Shown in pieces: positions 20,917 through 30,738 of a stretch of 64,000 nt of DNA. Location of the stretch: IMG/VR virus record IMGVR_UViG_3300003320_000367, positions 4,819 through 68,818 of that record; one strand, 5' to 3'. This stretch comes from a virus (taxonomy: Duplodnaviria > Caudoviricetes). The position numbers and the translations under genes are program-made. The notes under the pieces were generated by a model that did not search any database, was not told where the DNA came from, and saw only the letters and a list, made by a program, of their open reading frames with translations. Every line of letters begins with the position of its first letter. Position 1 is the stretch's first letter.

Positions 20917-21839
20917 TCAAAATCTACATGCTCAGCTCCAACGCGGACTTCCGGGGCAATCGGTGGCGATTCGACGTTAAGGACGCCGCCGAGCGCCTCG
21001 GATGGACCGTGGTGCATCGTGAGACAAAGGGCGCAGAGCCAGACGATGTCGTTCGAGAAGCATCACAGTGCGACATATTCATGTGGCTCCGAGTTAACAG
21101 GGTCGACCCGGCTGGGAATCCATACGAAATGCTGCGTCGGATTGAGGCCACGGGAACCAAGACCGTCGGGCTGCACATGGATCTGTACTGGGGAATTGAG
21201 AACAGGATTCCGCTTATCGACCCTGTTTCGAATCCATGGTTCTCATGCCAGACTGTCTTCACTGCTGATGGCGGCAACCATGCCTTGTGGCGAGACAAAG
21301 GTATCGAGCACAGATGGCTTCCGCCAGCTATGGGCGACGCTCATTTCGGTCTGAGCGAGATAGCTGCTGGCAGACAGATCAAGCCGTACATCTTCGTCGG
21401 GACATGCTCAGGGATGATCCATGGCGACCATCGTAGGCAGCTGCTGTACTGGGCTCAGCGCAAGTGGGCGACGGAGTTCAAGCACTACGGCGTCAACAAC
21501 AGGATCGTCGGAGATCAGCTGAATCAGGTATATGCACGCGCAAGGATCGTGCTTGGCGACTCAGCTGCTAGCAGCTTCTACTGGTCAGATAGGGTTCCGA
21601 CCACCATGGGTCGTGGCGGGGTGCTCGCGCATCCTCGCACAGCCGGCATGGAGGCTCAGGGATACAACGAGAGCAACATGATCCTGTTCAACAGGTTCGA
21701 CTTCAATTCGCTTGGTGAAGCTATAGACTCCATGTCAGACGCCGATGTTGCTGCGATGCGAGAGGCTGCTCTCGCGGTAACATGGGAGCGACACATGTGG
21801 CGCCACAGGCTTGAGTCGATAGCGAGGACGGTTCTGTAA
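20913..21839 (+). CDS. glycosyltransferase (GT-B, CgeB/Glyco_trans_1_2-like)
   Basis: FVGT, LNQVYARARIVLGDS and YWSDRVPTTMGRGGVL motifs. Confidence 0.8.
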   Translation: MIKIYMLSSNADFRGNRWRFDVKDAAERLGWTVVHRETKGAEPDDVVREASQCDIFMWLRVNRVDPAGNPYEMLRRIEATGTKTVGLHMDLYWGIENRIPLIDPVSNPWFSCQTVFTADGGNHALWRDKGIEHRWLPPAMGDAHFGLSEIAAGRQIKPYIFVGTCSGMIHGDHRRQLLYWAQRKWATEFKHYGVNNRIVGDQLNQVYARARIVLGDSAASSFYWSDRVPTTMGRGGVLAHPRTAGMEAQGYNESNMILFNRFDFNSLGEAIDSMSDADVAAMREAALAVTWERHMWRHRLESIARTVL

Positions 21840-22753
21840 TGAGGATCCATCTCATCAGCAGGGATAACGGGGCTGGCTTGTCTACGGACATGTCCCTGCT
21901 GCAAGCGATGCTTGAAGAAGCAGGGCACGAGATCCATCGCGTCGACTGGACAGCACGCGGAATGGAGCGTTGCGATGTCGGCATCTTCCTGGAGCTTATG
22001 CAGCCCAGGCTTCTCCCCGCGATGCAGCACGCCATCGGAATCTTCAACCCCGAGTGGTTCATGGTCCAGTGGCGTCGGTACCTCAACAACATGACGCAGA
22101 TCTGGTCGAAGGGCGTCGATGCTCACAACGCCTTCCTCTCACTGGGCCACGAGAAGCGTGCACATCTGACCGGATTCCTGTCGCAGGACCTGTGGGCTCC
22201 GACCGGAACTCGTCAGGACAAGTGCCTGCATCTCAAGGGGCACTCCGACCTCAAGAACACACCTGCAATTCTGGAGGCATGGCGTAGGAATCCGGACCTC
22301 CCGGAGCTCATCATCATCTCGAACAATCCGGTCGAGGACCTGCCTCGTAACGTTACGTTGCTGCGGCGCGTGACCAATGAGGAGCGCAACAGGCTGATGA
22401 ACGAGTGCTACATCCACTTGTGCCCGAGCCGTGCAGAGGGATGGGCTCACTACATCACAGAGGGCCTGTCGACCGGTGCCGCTGTTATCACGACAGATGC
22501 ATCTCCTATGAACGAGCAGGTTCGTCCAGAGTTCGGATTCCTGCTCCAGCCCGCTGGCAGCCACGCACGCGGTATGGTTCGTGAGTACGACGTCAAGCCG
22601 GACGACATCGCGGATGCGGTTCGATCAGCGCTGTCGATGGACAATCACGAACGAGACAAGCGGTCGGCTCTGGCTCGGCGTCATATCCTCGATCGCAACG
22701 AGGCTTTCAAGAACAATGCACTTCGGCTTCTGGGAGAACTACGATGCATCTGA
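21839..22753 (+). CDS. glycosyltransferase family 1/4 (GT-B)
   Basis: HLCPSRAEGWAHYITEGLSTGAAVITTDASPMNE matches the E-x7-E GT4 signature. Confidence 0.85.
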   Translation: MRIHLISRDNGAGLSTDMSLLQAMLEEAGHEIHRVDWTARGMERCDVGIFLELMQPRLLPAMQHAIGIFNPEWFMVQWRRYLNNMTQIWSKGVDAHNAFLSLGHEKRAHLTGFLSQDLWAPTGTRQDKCLHLKGHSDLKNTPAILEAWRRNPDLPELIIISNNPVEDLPRNVTLLRRVTNEERNRLMNECYIHLCPSRAEGWAHYITEGLSTGAAVITTDASPMNEQVRPEFGFLLQPAGSHARGMVREYDVKPDDIADAVRSALSMDNHERDKRSALARRHILDRNEAFKNNALRLLGELRCI

Positions 22754-23307
22754 GCGAACTGCTCAAGAACGAGCTGGACAGCTATCGCAAGCGCACCGGC
22801 AAGGAGCAGGTCAAGATCCTGGAGACCGGCACCGTCCGAGATGAGCGCGAGCAGTACCACCAGAACGACGGCTGGTCCACGCTGACGTTCGCCGAGTACG
22901 TGCGCGACAACGGCGGCGAGCTCACGGGCATCGACCTCTATCTCGGAGCCGCCGACAACGTGCTGTCTCGACACGGAGTCCGGGAGCACGCCAAGCTCAT
23001 CCAGGGCTACTCCGTCGACGTGCTTGCCGGCATGCTGGAGCTGGCAGACGTGGTCCGGCCGTCGTTCGACGTCGTCTTGCTCGACAGCGACAACGACAGC
23101 AACCTCATTCTGCACGAGTTCATGATCGTGCGCCGGATGCTCAACCACGACGCGCTCGTCCTCGTGGACGACATCAACCTGTCGTCGCCGCACGTGTTCA
23201 AGGGCGACAAGATCGTGCCCTGGCTCGAACAGAACGGTCTCGGCTACAGGACGCTGCGCCGGACCGGTACGACCTACGCCACCGACATGCTCGCGATCGA
23301 CATCTGA
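22744..23307 (+). CDS. class I SAM-dependent methyltransferase
   Basis: ILETGT, GIDL, FDVVLLDS and VLVDD motifs. Confidence 0.8.
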   Translation: MHLSELLKNELDSYRKRTGKEQVKILETGTVRDEREQYHQNDGWSTLTFAEYVRDNGGELTGIDLYLGAADNVLSRHGVREHAKLIQGYSVDVLAGMLELADVVRPSFDVVLLDSDNDSNLILHEFMIVRRMLNHDALVLVDDINLSSPHVFKGDKIVPWLEQNGLGYRTLRRTGTTYATDMLAIDI

Positions 23308-23314
23308 GGTGGCC

Positions 23315-23869
23315 ATGCGCGAATCAGAGTGGACCAAGCCAAGGGCGGAGTGTCCGCATCCGGAGCGATGGACGACGGACGACGGTGAGTCGACCGAGCA
23401 CCAGGTCACCGACCTCGTGGCCGACTTCATCACCGCGCTCAAGCCGGACTTCGTTCTGGAGACCGGCACGGCGTTCGGTCAGACGGCCGAAGCCGTAGGA
23501 CGCGCTCTCGCGGCCAACGGGCACGGCAGGCTCGTAACCCTTGAGCCCGACCCCGAACGGCGCTCTACGGCCCAGCTACGGGTCTCCGGGCTGCCCGTAG
23601 ACGTGCTCGCCGAATCGAGCCTCGACTGGCAGCCCACGCAGCCCATCGACTTCATGTGGCTGGACTCGCTTCCGCATCTCCGTCCGCTGGAGATCCAGCG
23701 CTTCCGAGAGCACGCCAGTCCGTCATGCGTGCTCGGCATCCACGACACGGCGACCCACGGCACGATCGCTGTCGACCTCGACAAGCTGGCGTCCGAGGGC
23801 GTGATCGTTCCGCCCCTCTACCTGCCCACGCCACGCGGTGTGTGCTTCACGCGATACAGGAGCAACTGA
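23315..23869 (+). CDS. class I SAM-dependent methyltransferase (Methyltransf_24-like)
   Basis: VLETGTAFGQT, LVTLEPD, IDFMWLDS and IHDT motifs. Confidence 0.85.
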   Translation: MRESEWTKPRAECPHPERWTTDDGESTEHQVTDLVADFITALKPDFVLETGTAFGQTAEAVGRALAANGHGRLVTLEPDPERRSTAQLRVSGLPVDVLAESSLDWQPTQPIDFMWLDSLPHLRPLEIQRFREHASPSCVLGIHDTATHGTIAVDLDKLASEGVIVPPLYLPTPRGVCFTRYRSN

Positions 23870-24729
23870 TGAGCGAGATCGTTCTCGTTCCTGCATGGAG
23901 GCGGCCTGAGTTCCTGTGGGCCGCCCTCACGCGGATCTGGGCTGCGCGAGACCGGGACGACATCGTCGTTCGCGTCTGCCTCGACAGGCACCATCATCAC
24001 GACGTTGAGTGGGCCGCCAAGCAGTTCAACAGCCGGGTCGCGGAAGGCAAGTTGGAGATCGTCAACCGCGAGCAGCACAGGACGCGGGGCAACAGCTTCA
24101 ACGTCATCCGGTCCTACGAGGAAGCGCTGTCAGACGGATTCGACACGATCCACCTCGTCGAGGAGGACGTGCTGGTCGGATACGACTACTTCGACTTCCA
24201 CAGGCGTGCGCACGAGATCGTGCACGATGCCTTCTCGGTGTCGGCATGCAGGAATCAGAACTTCCCGATCGGACAGGACCCCGAGCCGGACGACGAGGCT
24301 CTGTACCTGCATAACTCGTACCAGTCCATCGGCGTCAGCTTCATGCGGGCTGTCCTGGAGTACTCGCTTGCCGGCATCGGGATGGAGTACTACAACAACA
24401 TGGTTGGGTACTGCAAGGAGCGCTTCCCGAACTCTGCCATCCCGGCTGGCCACGCCGAGCAGGACGGGCTCCTCCATCGGCAGCAGGAGCACCTTGCTCT
24501 GCCGACCGTCTACGGAGCCCTGCCGCGTGCATACCACGCAGGGTTCGTGGGCTACCACCGTAAGGGTGCCATGATGGCCGGGACCATCGAAGAGCGAGCC
24601 AAGATGATCCTGGGGATGTCGGCCGACGAGCTCAACGCTCGTGCCCACAGCTATCCGGACCACACCACGATCGACCTCGACAAGGAGCGGGACTCGGTCC
24701 GCTACGTCGTCAAGTGGCCGGAGGTATAG
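23869..24729 (+). CDS. glycosyltransferase (GT-A / family 2-like)
   Basis: VLVPAWRRPEFL start; IHLVEEDV DxD-like motif. Confidence 0.72.
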   Translation: MSEIVLVPAWRRPEFLWAALTRIWAARDRDDIVVRVCLDRHHHHDVEWAAKQFNSRVAEGKLEIVNREQHRTRGNSFNVIRSYEEALSDGFDTIHLVEEDVLVGYDYFDFHRRAHEIVHDAFSVSACRNQNFPIGQDPEPDDEALYLHNSYQSIGVSFMRAVLEYSLAGIGMEYYNNMVGYCKERFPNSAIPAGHAEQDGLLHRQQEHLALPTVYGALPRAYHAGFVGYHRKGAMMAGTIEERAKMILGMSADELNARAHSYPDHTTIDLDKERDSVRYVVKWPEV

Positions 24730-24731
24730 CG

Positions 24732-24947
24732 ATGGGTGATGTAACTGCTGATGTGTTCTGGGGAACGCTCCTGCTTGCTGGCGTGGCGTACGAGGTAGCC
24801 GCGATCAGATCCAAGAGATGGAAGGACACGCTGTCCGACACGACCCGCAAGTGGTTCATGACGGACAAGCCGGTCGGCAAGGCCGTGTTCGGCATCGGCT
24901 GGGTTGCCTTCGCGGGCTGGTACCTCTGGCACATCCTCTGGCAGTAG
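24732..24947 (+). CDS. small two-TM membrane protein
   Basis: Two hydrophobic segments with TLSDTTRKWF between them. Confidence 0.65.
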   Translation: MGDVTADVFWGTLLLAGVAYEVAAIRSKRWKDTLSDTTRKWFMTDKPVGKAVFGIGWVAFAGWYLWHILWQ

Positions 24948-24983
24948 TCTGCACAAAATCTCCGAGAGGGGTTTTGATCCAAG

Positions 24984-25000
24984 TGCACATGGGGTAAAGT
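24984..25000 (+). promoter_or_regulatory. putative early-type promoter -10 region (TGCACATGGGGTAAAGT)
   Basis: One mismatch to TGCACATGGGGTATAGT of the right-arm promoter at 59521-59537. Confidence 0.55.
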
Positions 25001-25042
25001 TCTTCTCGTCAGGACAACTCGAAAGCCCCAAGGAGGCTCCCC

Positions 25043-25570
25043 ATGATCACCACCGCCGCTGAGTTCGAGCAGGCCGCCTACTCTGGCTACGTCTCCCGTG
25101 GCATCGGCGACACGGACGGCTGGTACCACCCGATCGACAAGACCGCGTTCGTGGACGCCATGCGCCTCCGTCTGCCGGTCGCCCCGGAGGACTTCACCCG
25201 GTACAACGACACCGAGTTCCGGCCGACCCAGGAGGAGTGCGACATGTACAACCGCTCCTTCGGTGGCAAGCCGAAGAGCCTGCGCCTCGCGGTCCGGACG
25301 GACAAGGGCTGGAGGACGGTCGAGGTTGCCGGCACGAAGGCCGCTCACGAGTTCCTCTCGGTGCTCGCCACGAGGGTTGGCTGGCTGGAGGCTCGCCTGG
25401 AGGACTACGCGATGATCGACACCTACACCTGGGTGCCGCAGATCCGGATGCTCTTCGGCTCCTGGGTTAAGGGCAACATCGCCATCACGGACAAGAAGAA
25501 GATCCGCATGGGTGACCGGTTCGGCAAGTTCGCCGGTCTCCTGGACTACAGCGAGACCCACGAGCTGTAA
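25043..25570 (+). CDS. hypothetical protein
   Basis: CCCCAAGGAGG SD; 175 aa; strong codon bias. Confidence 0.8.
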   Translation: MITTAAEFEQAAYSGYVSRGIGDTDGWYHPIDKTAFVDAMRLRLPVAPEDFTRYNDTEFRPTQEECDMYNRSFGGKPKSLRLAVRTDKGWRTVEVAGTKAAHEFLSVLATRVGWLEARLEDYAMIDTYTWVPQIRMLFGSWVKGNIAITDKKKIRMGDRFGKFAGLLDYSETHEL

Positions 25571-25583
25571 GCCAGAACCAACA

Positions 25584-25622
25584 AGAAGAGCCCCGCTTCC
25601 CGGGAGGGAGGCGGGGCTCTTC
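25584..25622. terminator. putative bidirectional terminator hairpin
   Basis: GAAGAGCCCCGC...GCGGGGCTCTTC between convergent arms. Confidence 0.7.
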
Positions 25623-25737
25623 GGCGTTCTGATGCCGGCATGAGGGCTAGCTGGCCGCGTAACGAGCGAACGGGTCGGGGTCGGTCCCCTTGCCCACCGG
25701 CTCCGAGTTCGCTCGTTACGCGGGCTCCTACGGCTTC

Positions 25738-27573
25738 TCAGTCGTTCTTGAAGGCGAGGGGCAGGTGCTTGGACATCTGCGGGATCGGGCCTCGCAGAAG
25801 CACCCGGCGGAACCGGCCGTCGCAGACGACGATCTTGCCAGTGTCCGTCTCGCTCCGCAGGAGTCGTCCGATGCCCTGTGCGAGCCGCGTGTGCATGCAC
25901 TCGTTGCTGTACGAGAACTGCATGTCCCGCGTCTTCCCGCCGATCGCGTTGTGCAGAAGCGTCGGCACGGAGTAGGGCAGCTTCCAGATGGCCACCAGGC
26001 TGAGCGCCTTGCCCGGCACGTCGACGCCCTTCCAGAAGCTCTCGACGCCCACGAGGATGGCGTTGCCGTCCTCCTTGAACGCCTTCACCAGACCGGGGTT
26101 CGCGGACGTGTTACCGGGCTCCTGGCACAGCACGAGGCGCTTCCCCTGGTACCGGCGCACGGCCTTCTGGTACAGCCTGTCGGCGTCCACGTTGGACGTG
26201 GCCAGGATCAGGACGCCGCCGTCGGTCTCGTCGATGTGCTCGGCGAGGATGTCCCAGCGCTGGTCGAACCAGCCCTTGTTCTGCCAGTCGCCGGGGTCCA
26301 TGCCGGCATCCACGACGATGCCCTCGCACGCGCCACGCCAGTCGAACATCTGCGGGATGAAGTCCGGCTTGGCGGTGGAGTAGCCGGTGCGACGCGGCAG
26401 CGACGCGGGGACGGTTGCCGAGATCATCCGGGGCTGCCAGCGACGGCACGCGTCCTGCACGTGGATGCCGACGTTGAGCACGTCCCAGTGGATGCCGTTG
26501 GGGTCGATCCAGGTCAGGCCCTTGCCGTCGTCCCACTCCTGCTTGGCGGACACCTCCATCGCCTGGATCCTCCGTTCGAGGAAGCCCATCGCGGTCTCGG
26601 TCTCGTCCGGGTCGAGGTCCTCCAGCTCGGACAGTCGCGGGTCGTTCTTGACCTCCTCACGCAGACCCTTGAGGATGGCGACCACCTCAGCCCGCTCCTG
26701 ATCGTTGAGCGCCCGGTCCTTGAAGCGCTTCATGGGCGACTTGGCGTCGGCCGACCGGCCCTCGGCGATCTCGCTCTCGATGTACTTGTCCACGACGTCC
26801 TTCATGTCCTCCTGGAGGACCTTGGACAGGTCGGGGCCGAGAGCCCGGCCAGACGTCGGAGTGAGCTCCCAGCCCAGCGACGAGCGGACCGTCTCGGGCA
26901 GCTGCTGAGCCTCGTCCACGTACGGCTGTCCGAACGGGATGAGCTGGACCGCGCCATCGGTCTGGTCGTACAGCTTCGAGTTCACCAGCCACATGGAGGT
27001 GTTGGTGAGGACAACGTCGGCCTCGTGCGAGAGCAGGCGAGCCCGCTTGGCCCAGCAGATGCCACCGTCGTGAGCGCAGTCCTCGCGCATGCACACACCG
27101 TCGCCAGCGCACGAGACGCAGCGACCACCACCGTTGCATGGGTTGATGATGCCGTCGATCGGCTTGGCCTGCTCCAGGCCACGCATCCTGTCGACGGCGA
27201 AGCACCTGGCCAGCATGGCCTTGTACTCCTTGTTGTCCTCGTTGTTGGCCGACGCACACGCGTAGTGGCGACGACCCTTGACGACCGCGTACGTGAACAG
27301 CCCCGACTCCGCCATGCGGGGCAGGTCCTTGATGGCGTACTGGTCCAGCAGGGTGTTGTCAGCGGCGATGATGATGCTGTGGTCGCCGGTCAGCTCAGCG
27401 TTGGCCGCCGCGTGAGCGATGGCCGCGAACGACTTGCCAACACCGGTCGGAGCCTGGACATATCGAGCGCCTCCGTCGCTCAGGAACTGCAGGAGGTCCA
27501 GCTGTCGCGGACGAGGCGTGATGCCGGCAGCCTTCATCAGCTCAACCGCCGTCTCGTAGACGCCTTGGGTCAT
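25738..27573 (-). CDS. DinG/YoaA (XPD-family) helicase
   Basis: QAPTGVGKS, VDEAQ, FWKGVDVPG and QGIGRLLRS motifs; Cys cluster. Confidence 0.88.
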   Translation of the reverse strand: MTQGVYETAVELMKAAGITPRPRQLDLLQFLSDGGARYVQAPTGVGKSFAAIAHAAANAELTGDHSIIIAADNTLLDQYAIKDLPRMAESGLFTYAVVKGRRHYACASANNEDNKEYKAMLARCFAVDRMRGLEQAKPIDGIINPCNGGGRCVSCAGDGVCMREDCAHDGGICWAKRARLLSHEADVVLTNTSMWLVNSKLYDQTDGAVQLIPFGQPYVDEAQQLPETVRSSLGWELTPTSGRALGPDLSKVLQEDMKDVVDKYIESEIAEGRSADAKSPMKRFKDRALNDQERAEVVAILKGLREEVKNDPRLSELEDLDPDETETAMGFLERRIQAMEVSAKQEWDDGKGLTWIDPNGIHWDVLNVGIHVQDACRRWQPRMISATVPASLPRRTGYSTAKPDFIPQMFDWRGACEGIVVDAGMDPGDWQNKGWFDQRWDILAEHIDETDGGVLILATSNVDADRLYQKAVRRYQGKRLVLCQEPGNTSANPGLVKAFKEDGNAILVGVESFWKGVDVPGKALSLVAIWKLPYSVPTLLHNAIGGKTRDMQFSYSNECMHTRLAQGIGRLLRSETDTGKIVVCDGRFRRVLLRGPIPQMSKHLPLAFKND

Positions 27574-27679
27574 TGCCCTAACTCCTCATTCTGCATTCTT
27601 CATCGGGTTCTTACGGACCTCGAGAGTTTACCGTGAACGGGGTCGCCCGGCAAATGACCAGACGGGCGACCCCGTGGCA

Positions 27680-28282
27680 TCAGGCCGCCTTGAGCAGGTC
27701 AACCCGGTGCTTGCGGAGCCACATCACTGCATGTCGTGTTGCGTCACGTGCGTGATCCGGCCCCGGTGTGTACATCGCCATCAGCTTGAGCCGTTCGTCG
27801 GTCATGACCGACTTGGCGTCTCCAGGCGACTGCCAGTACGGCTCGAACTGAGCGCGCGTGCCGCTGGCCACCTTCAGGCCACGCCACAGCTGGTAGTCCA
27901 CCTTGTGTCCGATCCGGACAGGCGACAGGAGCTCGCGCCCCTTGATTGCCGATCGGAGGATGAAGTCCTCGATCACCATGTCGGCCTGCTCCGGACCGAA
28001 GGACCTGTTGGCGAACCATCGCAGGATCGCCAGCGTCTGCTCGTTCTCGGTTCCGTTGAGGCATGCAGCCTCCCATGCAAGCAGGCATCGCTGGAGGGGA
28101 ACCTCTCGCCTGGCAAGGCCATCTGCCCAGTACCACACTGTGCAGATCCCCGTTGATCCTCCGGGGTCAACAGCCGTGATCGACGAGAAGACCGTCAGGT
28201 CGTCCTCCTCCGAAGCGCGAAGCCTCTGGATGCCGTTGCTCGATCCACCGGAAGGATCGGATGTGGCCCAGGACCAATCCAC
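27680..28282 (-). CDS. RuvC-like nuclease (resolvase candidate)
   Basis: ITAVDPGGSTG, VIEDF and HARDATRH motifs. Confidence 0.72.
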   Translation of the reverse strand: MDWSWATSDPSGGSSNGIQRLRASEEDDLTVFSSITAVDPGGSTGICTVWYWADGLARREVPLQRCLLAWEAACLNGTENEQTLAILRWFANRSFGPEQADMVIEDFILRSAIKGRELLSPVRIGHKVDYQLWRGLKVASGTRAQFEPYWQSPGDAKSVMTDERLKLMAMYTPGPDHARDATRHAVMWLRKHRVDLLKAA

Positions 28283-28537
28283 CTAAAGAACTCCTCTCCA
28301 TCCGGACCTGGCGATGTAGCGCCAGCGGAACGTCTTGTCCTTTATGGTCAGGTCCTTCTTCCGATGGATGATCTCGACAGCCGAGCCGTGCCCTCCGAGC
28401 ATCTGCGCGATCGCCCTGAGCTCCGTGGCCAGCTTGGGCCACTCGCCGGGGTCGAAGTCCACGCCCTCCTCGAAGTCCCAGACGCCACCGTCCCAGATGA
28501 CCACTGGTGCATTCGTTGCGTCTGACACAGCCTTCAC
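28283..28537 (-). CDS. hypothetical protein
   Basis: GTG start coupled to the upstream gene. Confidence 0.55.
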   Translation of the reverse strand: MKAVSDATNAPVVIWDGGVWDFEEGVDFDPGEWPKLATELRAIAQMLGGHGSAVEIIHRKKDLTIKDKTFRWRYIARSGWRGVL

Positions 28538-28740
28538 AGCGCCTTGTTCCCGATGAGCACCTGCCACATGGCGACCTCGGCGATGGACGCCGGGCGAACA
28601 CGACCCTGGCGCGGGCTGTTATGGTTCTCGTCCGTCGCGTCGAAGACGACGTTGACCAGCCTGGCGTCTCGGCCAGAGCCGGTCACGACGAACCCCAGGC
28701 CCACGCCCACGGCCTTCTCGCGGTCGTTGCGCCACTTCAT
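28534..28740 (-). CDS. hypothetical protein
   Basis: AGGAG SD; 68 aa. Confidence 0.6.
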   Translation of the reverse strand: MKWRNDREKAVGVGLGFVVTGSGRDARLVNVVFDATDENHNSPRQGRVRPASIAEVAMWQVLIGNKAL

Positions 28741-28749
28741 GTGTTGCTC

Positions 28750-29262
28750 CTACTCTCCGCCGAGGAGGCGGGTGTCGTTCTCTTCCACCGCACGTGCGAA
28801 GATCTCCGTCGTGGAGCCCTCGTCACGGATACGGGCAGCGAGCTCAGCGTTGCCTACATAGCCGTTGGGCATCGCTTCCACTGCTGCCGCCACGCCGAGC
28901 GAGATCAGCTCGGGAAGCGACTTGTTGCCTCGCGATTCCAGCATGGCGCTTGCAACAGCCTCGTATGCCTTCTCCAGGCAGCTGAGGGCTTGCTCTCCAA
29001 CCGACATCTTCTTCCTATTGCAGTCGTCGACTCCGAGCCCAGACTTGCCATCCCAGCTGTCGCCCTTGTCGTTGTTGCATGGCTCGCACATCAGCTGGAG
29101 ATTACCCAGAGCTCGCGGGTGTCCACCCTTAGACAAAGGGCGAATGTGGTCAACGGTCAGTTTGTCGTTCGGGAACTCCTTCTTGCATCCTCGGCAGACA
29201 AGACCGTCTCGCGCTACGAGCTTACGTCTGTTCCTCGCTATCCCCTTCTTCGCCATCACCAA
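28750..29262 (-). CDS. HNH endonuclease
   Basis: RDGLVCRGC...TVDHIRPLSKGG...NLQLMCEPCNNDKG. Confidence 0.88.
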   Translation of the reverse strand: MVMAKKGIARNRRKLVARDGLVCRGCKKEFPNDKLTVDHIRPLSKGGHPRALGNLQLMCEPCNNDKGDSWDGKSGLGVDDCNRKKMSVGEQALSCLEKAYEAVASAMLESRGNKSLPELISLGVAAAVEAMPNGYVGNAELAARIRDEGSTTEIFARAVEENDTRLLGGE

Positions 29263-29482
29263 CCCATTTGATCCTCATGCCGGCAGCCTCGACAGCTCTG
29301 GTCCAATTGCGGAACTCCTCGACGGATTCCTCATTCATGAACCTTGCTATCGCATGCAGAACCGATCCCCGTTCTATGTACAGATACGTTCCCTTGCGCC
29401 CCGGTGCATCCGAGATCGTAAGGTTCCCCGGATGCTCAGTTGTATCCGAGGATGATGTTGTCTCCGAGTTCGACATCTGCAC
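29222..29482 (-). CDS. hypothetical protein
   Basis: 86 aa ORF in a packed operon. Confidence 0.5.
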   Translation of the reverse strand: MQMSNSETTSSSDTTEHPGNLTISDAPGRKGTYLYIERGSVLHAIARFMNEESVEEFRNWTRAVEAAGMRIKWVGDGEEGDSEEQT

Positions 29483-29684
29483 GACCGGCCTCCTCGATCA
29501 TGTTGCAGATGATCGCGTGACGTGGCGGGTCCGTCACGCCGCACAGCGAGCAGCAGTAGCCCTTGTTGGATCCAGAGATCTGACCGGCCCTGCCGCACCC
29601 CACGATGATGCAGTCACTTTGCGCCACGTGCGTCCTCGTTGTCCTTGTGCTCAGCACATTCCCAGCCGCCCTCTCCGTCTGCAC
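29436..29684 (-). CDS. Cys-rich hypothetical protein (start uncertain)
   Basis: CIIVGC...CCSLC...H motif. Confidence 0.45.
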   Translation of the reverse strand: MQTERAAGNVLSTRTTRTHVAQSDCIIVGCGRAGQISGSNKGYCCSLCGVTDPPRHAIICNMIEEAGRADVELGDNIILGYN

Positions 29685-29811
29685 GGATCAGGTCGCCCTC
29701 TTCGAACCGACCTTCGATGCACTCGTAGTGCGAGCACGCACCGCCATAGTTGGCGTTGAAGGCCGGACCCTTCTTGTTCGGCTCTCCACCGAACGTCATG
29801 GACGGGCTCAT
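29614..29811 (-). CDS. small putative Zn-binding protein
   Basis: CSHYEC...FEEGDLIRADGEGGWECAEH. Confidence 0.55.
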   Translation of the reverse strand: MSPSMTFGGEPNKKGPAFNANYGGACSHYECIEGRFEEGDLIRADGEGGWECAEHKDNEDARGAK

Positions 29812-29929
29812 CGCCCTCGTCCCGCTCCGCTAGAACCGGCCCAGATCAGGGCCGCAGCGACGATCACGATGACGATTATGCTCTTGCCCGACATGCCTGT
29901 GCTGCTGTCCTTCGCAGCGAGCAGGATGC

Positions 29930-30397
29930 TCAGAGCTGACGCATGCACTTGACCTCCAGCAGTTCAGCGGCGAAGTACCAGTCGATACCTTCGCCGACCT
30001 TGTCCAGTTCGAACGAGCGCTTGTACGCATCGGCCGCATCGCCCTCAAGGATGGACCGCGCAGCCCTCTCGTGGTAGCCGGTCTTCATCAGGGAGCACAG
30101 CTCTGCGCGCTTCGCGTTGATCGAGTGACGCCAGCCGAGGTCCACGACGCCAGCCGTCATGTACAGGCGCTCGTCGTTCCACTCCATCGGCTCGAGCGGA
30201 TCCTTGGGTCGATAGGTCGAGGACGTCTGGGGCAGCTGCCCCTTGTTGTCGCCCTTGTCCGCGTTGGCGTCTCCGCCGCTGATCAGCGCGACCACCCAGA
30301 CCAGAACCACCAGTCCGAGAACGAACACGATCCTGCGAACCCAGCGACGAGCCGGGCTGTCGTTCTGGCCGGGCTCCCAGTCGTAGTCGAGCTCCAT
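29930..30397 (-). CDS. membrane-anchored hypothetical protein
   Basis: GGAGG SD; single TM segment IVFVLGLVVLVWVVALI. Confidence 0.65.
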   Translation of the reverse strand: MELDYDWEPGQNDSPARRWVRRIVFVLGLVVLVWVVALISGGDANADKGDNKGQLPQTSSTYRPKDPLEPMEWNDERLYMTAGVVDLGWRHSINAKRAELCSLMKTGYHERAARSILEGDAADAYKRSFELDKVGEGIDWYFAAELLEVKCMRQL

Positions 30398-30399
30398 GT

Positions 30400-30705
30400 C
30401 TACTGCCTCCAGATCTCTCGCCATCGGACTCGGCCTGTGACCCAGAACCAGATCATCCGTGGCTTGGTTGCGTACCGCCATACGCGGTCGTATGCGCCGA
30501 AGTATCCCTCGAACGCATGGATATGGAAATACGCCTGGCAAGATTCGCACCAATAGAGCCCGCCGACCCTGAGAAGCTCAGGATTCGGCAGGTGTGCACA
30601 ATCCTCTTTGTGTGGCGTCCCGCTCACAGCCACGACCCCTTCCCGTCGCACAGCCCGGCGAGCCGGACGATCCAGTGGAGCGGACTCCAGCGGAACCTCC
30701 AGCAA
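30400..30705 (-). CDS. hypothetical protein (start uncertain)
   Basis: CxxC/H motif YWCESC; fills the gap. Confidence 0.45.
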   Translation of the reverse strand: MLEVPLESAPLDRPARRAVRREGVVAVSGTPHKEDCAHLPNPELLRVGGLYWCESCQAYFHIHAFEGYFGAYDRVWRYATKPRMIWFWVTGRVRWREIWRQ

Positions 30706-30738
30706 GCCGGGCAGATCATGCGTTCGTGCACAGAACCG

